DNA of 39,817 nt from NCBI GenBank assembly GCA_021432655.1, contig MU271213.1:111726-151542 (forward strand), written 5' to 3'. Within the stretch, counting starts at the first letter, position 1, and each line of letters starts with the position of its first letter. Below are positions 1 through 10,488 of this stretch, piece after piece. The notes beneath the pieces were generated by a model that worked only from the letters and a program-made list of their open reading frames with translations, did no database searches and was not told the DNA's origin. Source of the stretch: Atractiella rhizophila. Its lineage: Eukaryota. The position numbers and the translations under genes are program-made.

Positions 1-2505
1 ATTTGCCCAAAATGCCGCGGAAAAAAGCGAGAAAGAGGCACGTTTTACAGCTGAAGGTCGAGAGGTATGGACGCGCTACTGTTTCCATATCTCCTCATGC
101 TGAAGCAAAATGCTGATTCTGCTGGTACACTCACGGAGAACGAGGCGTCAACTCTAGGACGAGTAGGCTGGCGTACCTACAAACGATTCATGGTTTACGG
201 GTGAGCTGAAACAATTATGCCATTTTAGTTGCTCACTTACACCCAGTGGTCCATGGCGCCTAGCTTTAGAACTTTTTTTTTTGTGTCATCAGCGGCGTTT
301 ATTTCAGGTATGTCGTTTCCTCCTAGACACTTCTTCCGCCTAATAATGGTTTGGCAATAGGTGGTCAGTTCTGGCTGTCTGGTTATCTGAACAAAGGTGG
401 CGCGGCACCACACCTTGTTGGGTATTATTTGGGAATCCTGGGACTGCTTTACACCCTCGGAGTGCTAATGAGGTATTATTACTTCAACGTATCACCTCGC
501 TTCCTAACTTTGCTTTAGTCCCCCAGGATGGATTATAGTAGTCAGTTACTTTGCCAAGGTGGCTGTTCGGCGCATGTTCGCAGAAGTTTTACCCAAAGTA
601 TTCCATTGCCCTCAATGGCTCTTCCATACAACACCCAGCTCTCGTTTCATCAATAGGCTCGGTTCTGATCAAAAACAATTGTAGGTTTCCGTGGCTTCCC
701 CAAGACTGACTTGCGTGATTGACGTCATGCTTTAGCGACCGGCAGTTCAGTATCTTCTGGGCGGCTTTATGCATGATACTCTCCACCACGATTGTTACAT
801 TCTGGCGAGCTTTTTTGCTCACGGGTCTCTGATTCTGCTAATCTTTCTTCAGCTCCACTGGTATCTCAACCCATGGCCTTTTCTTTGGTGTCCTCGTCGT
901 CCTACTTCCACTGTACATCTTCACCATAATTTACATTCAGGCAAGCGCTCGGTGTGTAGACTGTTGCGGCTGACTGCTTTGCTCATTTCACCTTTCAGAT
1001 CCATACGACGCTTAGATGCGGGACGCACTCGTGCTCCTTTATACGCGATTTGTTCAGAAACCTTTCAGGGAACGAGTAGCATTCATGCGTTGAAATTGGA
1101 GGACCGGTACATGGAAGAGTTCCACCGCCGTGTCAATCGCAACGCAAGGGCGAAATACGCGCAGACTTCATCCAGCTATTACATGGTTTATCGGTTGGTG
1201 AGTAGTTGATATTTGAGGGGACTGCATAACGAGTCTGTGGACCTGTAGGACATCTTGAGCGCTGTGGCTGTCTTCTGTGGAGCAGCCTTCGTTGTTTTGT
1301 TGCACAAGAATATTTCGCTGACCTTTGGCTGGTAAGTATCTTGCGCCATAGAATGGTTCACGGCTCACTTAAAGGTTTGACAAGGTATCACAATGTCGTC
1401 TTTGTCTGGCACATCCCGTCTTTTAGGAACTCTAGCGGCCATGTTTGTGACGCTCGAGAACGATGCTGTGCATGTGGAACGTGTGGTTCGTCTTCAGTTT
1501 ACGTCTGAGTCTCACCTTTGTGGCTTCCTCACTTTCTGCGCAGTTTGAGCAGCTCGAACTACCTACAGAACCGCCGTTCCATAGAATCTGGATGAAAAAC
1601 TCCACAAAGAATGGCCACAGACAGGAGAAGTCTGATTTGAAGGATATTGCACAAAGTACCGCCCTTCTTTGCCACTGGCGCTAAAGGACGTTTCGATGAC
1701 TATTCAAAGCGGGGAACGTGTTGCAATCGTGGGACGCAGGTCAGTTGGATTTCCGTTAACCCAGTCAAGGCTCACTAAATGCCGTTCGAACAGCCGCTCT
1801 GGCAAATCCACTATAACGCTCGCCCTTTTTCGACTGATGGAAGCCACATTTGGTAAAATCATGATTGACGACGTGGATATATCTGGCCTAGGCCTCGCCA
1901 ATCCGTTCGACTATCAGCATTATTCCTCAGACAGCTACACTGTTTAGAGGCACGATTCGGAGCAATCTTTCGCCGGTAGAAGATCGAACGGATGACGAGC
2001 TTTGGAACGCTCTTGAGCTAGCTGGACTTAAGGATTACGTATCAACGTTGGAAAATAAACTGGACGAGGAGTTGCAGATCGGAGGGAAGAATTTTTCCTC
2101 AGGTCAACTACAGCAGATTGGGCTTGCCCGCGCTTCCTTACAGCAGGTCAAGATTCTAGTGCTTGACGAGGTTCGATTCTACTTCCCTATTGTCGTCTAT
2201 TTTATAGACCATGAACCACAGGCGACGTCCAACCTGGATCGTGTTAGTGACGACCATATCCAACAAGCTATCAGAAAGCACTTCGGCCACTGCACCTTGA
2301 TCACAATTGCTCACAGGTCTGTGCTTATCGTTTTGATCTCACAATCCTAACGTCATTTCTTCAAAGAATTCGCACGATCATAGACTACGATAAAATAGCG
2401 GTCATGGACAACGGAGTGTTAGTTGAATTTGCCCCTCCGCGAGAGCTTCTGAAGAACGAGGATGGGTATTTCTACAAGCTCTGGAAGGAGTCTGGGGAGC
2501 TGTGA
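1..2505 (+). pseudogene. ABCC/MRP-type ABC transporter, 3' half (TMD2+NBD2), 5'-partial, probably disabled
   Basis: Recognisable motifs: FFHTTPSSRFINR, SIRRLDAGRTRAPLY, ENDAVHVERV, EWPQTGEV, VAIVGR..SGKST, IIPQTATLFRGTIRSNL, NFSSGQ, ILVLDE|ATSNLD, TLITIAHR|IRTIIDYDKI; stop TGA 2503-2505. Disablements: in-frame TGA at 1633-1635 and frame changes near 619, 1583 and 1903. Confidence 0.8.
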
Positions 2506-2949
2506 GAAAGGGATACTGCCTAGACTAATGTGATGAAATTGCATCACCATTGTAGAAGAACTCTATTTTGAAACTAGTATTGATCCAGTCGTCTGCAACG
2601 GCATCCGGTGGATGCAGAAGTTCAGACTTCATGAAGTGTAGCGCAAGGTATCAATGTACCTTCCTTGCTTGCGAGCTGAGCGGAACTCTAGTTCGAATGA
2701 TACTATCGATTCTTTGCACAACAATTTTACAACTTTCAATTCAAACTTCCTTTTCAAATTTGTAATTTGGATCGTGAACAATCTCAATCGAGCTTCAATC
2801 CTTGTGGAGGGCGACTCCTTCCTACCTCTGCAGAGCCTAGCACGCGTAAGTTCTCTGCGTTCTCCTACTGTGGCGTCACAAGTTTCAAACATGATGTGAG
2901 TACCACCTTTGACTTGCAGAACGGACTCACGTTCTCTCACTCCTATCAA

Positions 2950-4437
2950 ATGCGAAGGAGCTCTGCCGATGCCATAAACGCCGTGCAAGACATTCAATCC
3001 ATTTTTACCTCTCTTCCGGCCAGCACGAAACCTCGAACGAGAGATAACGGGAAAAAAGAGTGGACCGTACTCTCTGCAATCTTTCTATGGAAGTGCACGG
3101 ATACTACAAGACTAGAATGCGTATCGATTGGGTGAGCTTTCGCTCTGAGCGATCGCCTTAACTTTTGCACTAGAATGAATACTGAATACGTTGTCTTATA
3201 GAACCGGTCTCAAAGCTCTTCCTTCAGTGTCGATTTGCCCTCACGGTGACAATTTACACGACATGCACGCTGAAGTTATCGCAAGACGTGGATTCCTGCG
3301 GTGGTTGCTGGTGCAGAAGAATTGTATCTCAAAAGAGCACTCATGGCTGGAACTCAATGATCAAGGAAAGTGCAAGCTGCGCTCAGAAGCAAGAGTGGGG
3401 TTATATTCAAGCACGTTGCCTTGTGAGATTTCCTGCCCTGTTTCCCTCTTTGTTTGCTTTATTACACTCTCAGGCGGGGATGCTTCGATGTCGCTGCTTA
3501 CACACAAGGATGAAGAAACACCAGTGCCAACTGCTGCTGCTGAATTCGCGAAGCGTGAATACTGGGGTTGGTCCTCTGAAGACCTCTCTTCTCCTGTTAT
3601 TCGAGGGCGGATCGGTTACAGTGGTCCTTTTCGTGGAAAACTGCGGACAAAACCAGGTGTGAGCATTTTCGTTCTCTGAACCCCTTTGTATGATGAAGAA
3701 TATCAGGTCGACTGGATTCGCTCCCTACCTACTCCATGTCTTGCAGCGACAAAATTCTTGGATGGTCCATATATGGCGTGCAGGGGAAAGCTCTGAGCCG
3801 CTGGTTTGAGGGCCCTATTTTCATTGATGCATTTGTTTTTGAAGTGGACGATGCATGCATCTCGAAAGAGCAGGTAATGGAAAGTCTCTGGGGGCGAGGA
3901 TGCAAATGGAATAGGGGGGGTAAGACTTCTCCGCTTCTCACTCTGGAGTTAACGTTATACAACAGATCCCATCTCACAATATCCATCTCCTTCTCCGCAG
4001 CCCGCCATTTTCCTACTTCCTCCATCTTTCCTCTACTCTCGACTGAATACGAAGGACGCAGTAGCATGCAACGAATGTGCGCCACTTTTCATTTTCGTCA
4101 CTGTAATGAGCTTAATTGCTTCCAGCTATCAGTTGGATCAAAGGTGAAGGTCACGAACTCGTCATTCAAGGTGTTCGTCGAGGAAACAAGGCAATAAAGC
4201 CCAAAATCGGTGTTCCCCGTGAAAAACCATACAAAGGCAGATCTAGGTTTGTTGATTATGAATTCGACGAATCATGATTGATTCAGAGTCAGGATAAGTA
4301 GAAGCGCCCTTTTGGAGCTCAGCGCAGATATAGGAGGTGACAAGTCAGAAGCAGATGACCAGACTTATGTAGAGGTGAAAAGGAGGACAAGAGAAGTGGG
4401 TGGAGTGCTGCACGGATGGATCGTTGGGCAGTTGTGA
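2950..4437 (+). CDS. TAD1: tRNA-specific adenosine-37 deaminase 1 (ADAT1/Tad1, ADAR-type A_deamin domain), about 7 exons
   Basis: Spliced product contains KPRTRDNGKKEWTVLSAI, VSIG|TGLKALP, LHDMHAEVIARRGFLRWL (HAE), LPC|GDASM, LRTKPG|RLDS..SMSCSDKI, ACNES|ISW..HELVIQGVRRG and ends GWIVGQL* (TGA 4435-4437). All junctions are GT-AG. Confidence 0.9.
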
Positions 4438-4528
4438 TGTAAGACATGGAATAGTATAACGTAGCATATGGCATTCCCAGCGGGTTGTAATACAGTGCTT
4501 ATAAATCGACCCACAAGGCTTCACCTCA

Positions 4529-5874
4529 TCATGGAGTAACTTCGATCCCATTGGCATATGGCCCATCATCAAACACTACAGCATGAACATCAAATCAGCT
4601 GTCTAGAGCATATACTTATTGATGGAACGCACCATTCGTCCTCCTCATGTCTCGCTTCTCCATCTGATCTTCAAAAGTAGTTGCTCTGTGCATGATTGCC
4701 TGTTGTCCCCACCACACTAAATCCCCAGGATTCCTCCACTTAACGTGAAAACGTATACTGTTCTCCATTATCAAGTGACTTCAGTTAGGAAAATTAGATG
4801 AGACGAACCTGCGGCTGGGTGCACCAATTAATAAGATCCCAAATCAACTTTTTGACTTTCTTCTAACTCCTTCCCAACTACCAGCTCCGCATGAGCAGCC
4901 AGAAACAGGGTCTCTCCCTCTCCATTCGGAGCATCCTGCACAAGTTTGTGAAATGCCGGCGGCTTGATGGCTCTCTCTGCCTCCGTGCTCTGAGCGAAAG
5001 CTACTGGAGAAGCGACCTTTCGCGAATGCCACACTATGTGTTCCTGAATTAAACTCAACGTTCATGGACAGGAAGAAGGGAAGTCGCACAATTGTGCCTT
5101 ATAACCATCTTGCGATATTCGTCCTTCTTGGGCCCTTCTGGATAATCCTTCCAGGCACGTCGAACATCGCAATATCCAGTATGTCCTCCTTGAGAGGGAA
5201 TCACGTGCGCTAAGAGAAGCGAGTATTTTGACCGGTATTGGTTAAAGCTTCCATCAGTGTGCCTATGACAAGAGAGTGAATCAAATTGAAATTTAATTAA
5301 TTTAATTTAATAAAACGGACCAGAGCCCGTTGCCTATATTTGCCATCAATGTCGGTGCACGAGGAAGTGAAGTGAGCGTACCTTTGTTGTACTCCCAGCG
5401 ACGCGTTCCCTTCAGCACGAGGTTCCCATCGTTGTCAATGTTGCCAGCATCAAAGTGGTAGGGGTACTTGAACCGGGATTTAACTCCAGTGATGCTCGGG
5501 GCTTTCTCAAGTTCCACTCCTTTCGCTGTGGAAAGCATGTCAATCACTAAATTTCACATAATATAACAAGAAAAATACCAAGCTGTTTCGTGAAGCTCAC
5601 GTGTTCGTCATCCCCCATCTTCGTGTCTCGATAAATGGTCACGGCATACTTGTCCTGAATCTTGATCATCTGTACATACAGCTCAGGCAAGCTGACTTGA
5701 AAGAAGGAAACTCCTTACTGTATCGATGACATCGTCAGGGATGGGAATGCTGAAGTCGACTCCTTCCACCTCCGCTCCAAAACTTTCAAAGATCGGATGA
5801 ACAGTCAATTTGCCATACTTGACAGGTTCGAGCGTCTTATAGTCACCGCTGTTCTGCGCTTCGTATTGGGACAT
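4529..5874 (-). CDS. TfdA/TauD-family 2-oxoglutarate/Fe(II) dioxygenase with one apparent +1 frameshift
   Basis: FGAEVEGVDFS N-terminus; KG|NGLW|HTDGSFNQ (HxD motif, with a 13-nt micro-exon at 5321-5333); HNLWHSRK; GDLVWWDNRQSMHRA; RDMRRTNVFDDGPYANG; stop at 4529-4531. A T5 run at 4849-4853 breaks the frame. Confidence 0.85.
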
Positions 5875-7005
5875 GTTCCTTCCGTCAAAGTCTTAGCCGA
5901 CCATGTAGCTTCTTTTATAGTTGCTGCTTAGACCGGCACGTCCTCACACGAGCTTTGGGAGAGTTGGGAATGGTTCAACCGATGTTCCCCACTGCCCCCT
6001 GCCCGACCAGGAGCGGGGAGACAAAATATCACTGCCGCTTGAGGGGCTGCCGATCCTCATGCCGCAGAGCTCCATGACGCTGCGAATCTTGAAGACTCAA
6101 GGACGTTCATGTCCTACCCAACCTGTCGAACAGACGCGCAAAACAGAGCGTCGAAAGAAAGCGGAGAAAACGGCTCGTCATCCAACAAATTTGCCCTTGC
6201 TGTGATGTCGCTTGCCTGAGGTGGGCACGCAAATTGACTAGAGGTTGAAGAAAATGAAGGTGGTGAGGGAAGCAGGCGTCACGAGCAGGCGTCTACGCTG
6301 CTCCACAGTTAACGGGAGTCCTCAATCAGAACCTTTGTCAAAGGATAAAGGATCTCCTAATGGCAGACGTCACCACGAGGATGCTGACTCTGCCTACACT
6401 TCGATGAATGTGAAACAAGCGCAGAAATGCCAGGCGGATGGCTTACTTCGAGCTGAGGAACAACAAAGAACGATAGCCGACAGACAAACGGTTGCACCTT
6501 TCCATGGAAACAGTATTAAAATCTTAACGTCATCATTTTCTCATCCTCTTCAACTGCGAAACAACGATTACTGATACTGGCTTGTATTCGCTGAAACTTT
6601 GGTAATAGACGAAAAGCAGCAGAAAACACTCTGAAGATCAAGTGAAGATCATTTAGTGAATCAGTGCGTCAACGGCCCCAAAGCATTGGAGGATTTGACA
6701 GGCACTTTCATTGCCTTTCTTTCCCCTTGACCTGCGAAATATTCAGTCGCGGAGGTTGATGTATTAAATTGCTCTCTATGCATTCAAACCAGCGAAGCTC
6801 AAAGCAAAGCGCGAACAGAAACGCATGGCACGACCGACGTTTTGCAACAACAAGTTGTGGTCAGTTTAGAGAGTTTTGTACCCGAGAGTGATCGGATGCT
6901 GGGCGGACAGCTGTCAGATGTGACCTGCATGCATAAACCGGATGAGGGAGATGAAGTTGCCGGAGCAGACACGCATGGTCAGCTACATACTCTATGCACT
7001 ATGCA

Positions 7006-7617
7006 CTATGCGCTGCAGCAGGTGGTCGCTTCCTGCTTCCCTAACAGTGGAGGGTCCATCCGCTTTTGTGTGTTCTCGTCGTTGTAGCCCATCTTTGTCT
7101 TCTCTGTGAAGTGAAGCTCTGAAAAAAAACGTCGGCTTCTCTGCAGGCAACAAATGGAAGCATGCGGCGCACCATAGTTCCCCTTCTCGTTCTTCACTCC
7201 CTGCACCACATTCGCCTCCATGTATTCCTTTATCTGCCATGCTCCCTTGATGCCATCTTCGAAGGAAGGAGGTGCCTTTGTCCGGCGACGGGGTGCCGAG
7301 GTGGAAGTAGACGCTTCGGAAGTTGCTGGGGGACGAAGGAAGGAAAGAAAGTAATTCTGCGTAGGCTTAACCACAGCTTGCGAACCAGCGAATAATCAGC
7401 GGGGGTCGGCTGTTCAGCAGGATGAAGGAAGTAAGAGGGAACTCGAGCTCACCTCGCTCAGCCGTCGAATCGCCTTTGCAAAGTCGTTTTTGCGTTCGCC
7501 GGACAGCCTGTCGTCAGCCACTCCGTCAGCTTGCTTTCTCGCCTCGGACAAGTTGGAAATAAGCACTCTGTAAGCCTGAGCAGCCGTAGACCTTTGAGCC
7601 AGCGTCAGAGAGCTCAT
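7006..7617 (-). CDS. Orphan hypothetical protein (multi-exon, 3' end uncertain, possibly decayed)
   Basis: ATG at 7617; exon ending ...RRLSE followed by a GTGAGC donor at 7452; CAG acceptor before NYFLSFLRPP; a second plausible intron after ...KGNY. No family recognised. Confidence 0.4.
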
Positions 7618-7849
7618 GTGTGCCTGCTTTGATGTGTTGTTGTCGTTTCGCTCGGAACCGGCGGGCGCTTACGATTCGATTTGGAGCGTTCTGATTGGTC
7701 GGCAAAATCTCCGCAAAATTAGTCTTAACCTTAAATTTGAATGCGATGATCTTAACCTTGTCTCGAGTTTCTGCCAGGTTTTGGAGACTGACTAACCCAG
7801 TTTTGCCACCTTTCAAATTAAGCTGACCTTCCTCGACCTTCCCCCTCCC

Positions 7850-10218
7850 GCCCCTTCGCCACTCTCAACTTCTTTATCTTGGCTAATGATATCAAAACCC
7901 AGAAATTAGAAACGGTACTCTTATTTTTCACCTGTATTTCATTCTAGCTAGTCGGTTTTTATAAGGAAAGGTCGCCACTGGTGAGTCTCTCGTTTCTGGG
8001 GGAAAATTAGGAATAGCAGGGAATGCGGGATTCTATTCGTCGTCAACACAATCACTCCGTGGCGCATACACGGAGTCCTATTAAAGTTCTCCTCTGCCCC
8101 GTCCCTCGTTAAGAGCTTCTTCTAGGGTCTTCGCACGTAACGTTGGCTGGTGGTTCGGTGTATGAGCTTCGTTCGGTTCTGGGTTGCTTAGAGACTCGTT
8201 CACTTCTTTCTACATCTCTACTGTGTCTCCTATTCTCTTCTCCTCTCTCCTTTCCTCTTCTTCTCCTATTTAGACTCTGGGAACAGCTCCTTTCTAACTG
8301 ATCTTCTACCTCGACCTCTCCTGCTTTTCCATACTATGTCGTGGCTGTCCTTCCGTGTCTTAGTCCTTAGCTATCTTCGCTCTTCGAATTCTCCTCTTCT
8401 TTCTCGAAATCAAATGTTCTACAACTACCTTTGTTGTTACTACTCTACAAATTTATATTGAAAACGGACATTAGGCTTAAGAAAGAAAAGCAAGAAACTT
8501 TTTCTTTGTCACTTCTTTGAACAAACGAAGTTTTGTAGCTAGCTTTCTAGCTTACTTATCTGTCTTCTCGAGTTTGCCTCTAGACACCTTTGGCCTTCCG
8601 TTTCTTCAACTTTCTTGAGCGTTCGTTTTGTCAGCAAAACCAAAAGCAAGCTACCGCCTACCCTAAAAGCTCCTTTCTTTTTTTTTTTTCAGACCACCCC
8701 GTACCTACTCTCCTAATCTTCTACAACAAACATAAGCTCCATATCGAAAGCCTAGCTTCTTTCCCAAAACTTTGCCCAACCAAAACATTGCCTGCCACCC
8801 TTATATTCTTAGCCTCCAATGCTATATATCTATCCAGCTTCCTCTTTCTCTCTATCGATGCTGTTTTCTTTTTACTTTTTTTTTATTTTTTTGAGATTCC
8901 TTCTTTTTTTCACATTACAAGTTCAGGTAGGCGCTCTGAGCTGCTTGGCTGTTGCCTAGCTAAAATTTAGGAGTAAGCGACGTCTGGGTCCGGCGAGACG
9001 TGAAGAGCTTGAAGGCTGAGCCAAGCAGAAGCTTCTCCGTCCTACTGCCCTACCTTACCAGGGCTCGACGAAGCATTTTAGGACGGTACAAGGTGCCAAG
9101 AGTAGCAAAGGGAGGAGTCTCCAGCTCACCCACCTCCTTATCCGCATCCAAGGAGGAAGAGAAGGAGGAGGCTGCATCGTAGCCATGCGCCCCTACATCG
9201 AGATTATCCCCAACTCTGCCAGAGCTTTCTGTCCTAGCTTAGTAACAGTAGTAGTAGTAGTAGCTCGACCTCTAGAAGCTGCCCTGCGCCTCCTCCATCC
9301 CCTTCGCCTCAACCGCTGCTGGAGCCTCGCGCCTCCTCAAGTCCCTCGGAGGAGGACTCAGCCTTTAAAGAAACGGAGTGGGTTAGCTGACGTAATAGAA
9401 GAGGCGAACGACGCCTTCGGCTAACTATCACCACTCCCACCCCTGCATTCCCCAAGCGAGGAGGTAGTCACAAGGAAGAGGGGAGGCGACCGCGAGATTG
9501 AGCTAGGTAGCGGCCTACAGAGGGTATAAGAGAGTTTCCGTTCTTTCGGAGCTTTTGCTGGCCTGGGCAGCAGAGGAGTAGGCTTCTTAGGAGTAGGGAC
9601 CGAAGTTGGAGTAGCAGCAGAAGGAAGTCTACGGGCGACTAGCGGCGGCCTCATCCGCGCTCGTGCCCTTCACTTCTTCGGCGCTCATTCCCTCGCAATC
9701 CTGTTCCGGAGCTTTTCTAGCTTGCCCACCTCTCTCTTAACAGCTCTTTAGCCACTTTCAGAAGTGTCTCGCCAAGGAGCATAAGCTGGAGTACTACTCG
9801 ACCCAGCCACGTGCAGCAGCTTCCTCGTCTTTGGGCTATTACGCTGCCTCCCTTAAACAACACGAGAACTCACATTCTTGCTATTATAGGTCCTCATTCT
9901 TAACCAGCTGGGTACTACTTTCCCTCAACTCTACCTACCATACGGAAAATATGCGGGAGCTGCATTTAAGCTGTCTGGATCCGGTTGCCTTCTTCGTCCA
10001 TTCGTAGAAGATTCGGCTGATAACAGGTCTTACATCCCTCAGAGGATTCGGCCGAGGGCGGTTGGGACGGCTTTTCTACGGCTCTCCGCTCCCTCTCCCC
10101 TCTGGCTGCACCGCTCCCGGACCGCTCCGGCCGAGAGGCGATGGGTCAGAGAAAAGCTTTTGCTTCTTCCTAACGTACAACTTTTCATGTCTAACAGGTT
10201 TCTGTTTGCGGGGTCTAC
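7850..10218. mobile_element. Degenerate repeat/transposon-like relic, TpA-enriched
   Basis: No intact ORF. The minus strand retains E/K/R-rich coding-like text and splice-like signals interrupted by many TAG/TAA. The region abuts an assembly gap. No transposase or RT motif was recognised, so the TE status is inferred; boundaries approximate. Confidence 0.4.
9247..9263 (+). repeat. (GTA)n microsatellite
   Basis: agtagtagtagtagtag seen directly. Confidence 0.7.
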
Positions 10219-10435
10219 NNNNNNNNNNNNNNNNNNNNNNNNNNNNNNNNNNNNNNNNNNNNNNNNNNNNNNNNNNNNNNNNNNNNNNNNNNNNNNNNNN
10301 NNNNNNNNNNNNNNNNNNNNNNNNNNNNNNNNNNNNNNNNNNNNNNNNNNNNNNNNNNNNNNNNNNNNNNNNNNNNNNNNNNNNNNNNNNNNNNNNNNNN
10401 NNNNNNNNNNNNNNNNNNNNNNNNNNNNNNNNNNN
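10219..10435. other. Assembly gap (217 N)
   Basis: Run of N. Confidence 1.
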
Positions 10436-10488
10436 CATAGCTATAGGAATTGGGCTTACCATGGTCTTATTCAGTGTGTGTTTATGAG

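Noticed and set aside
2568..2949. Overlapping short ORFs on both strands between the ABC gene and TAD1
   Set aside because: Non-ATG starts or no motifs; better explained as TAD1 promoter/5' UTR.
3736..4197. ORF-track C-terminus suggesting TAD1 ends at 4197 or is truncated
   Set aside because: The ORF reads through introns; splicing at 3920 and beyond gives the conserved CNES..W..G..RG segment and a stop at 4437.
5921..6574. Plus-strand ORFs of 94 and 109 aa
   Set aside because: TTG starts, no recognisable domain or splice support.
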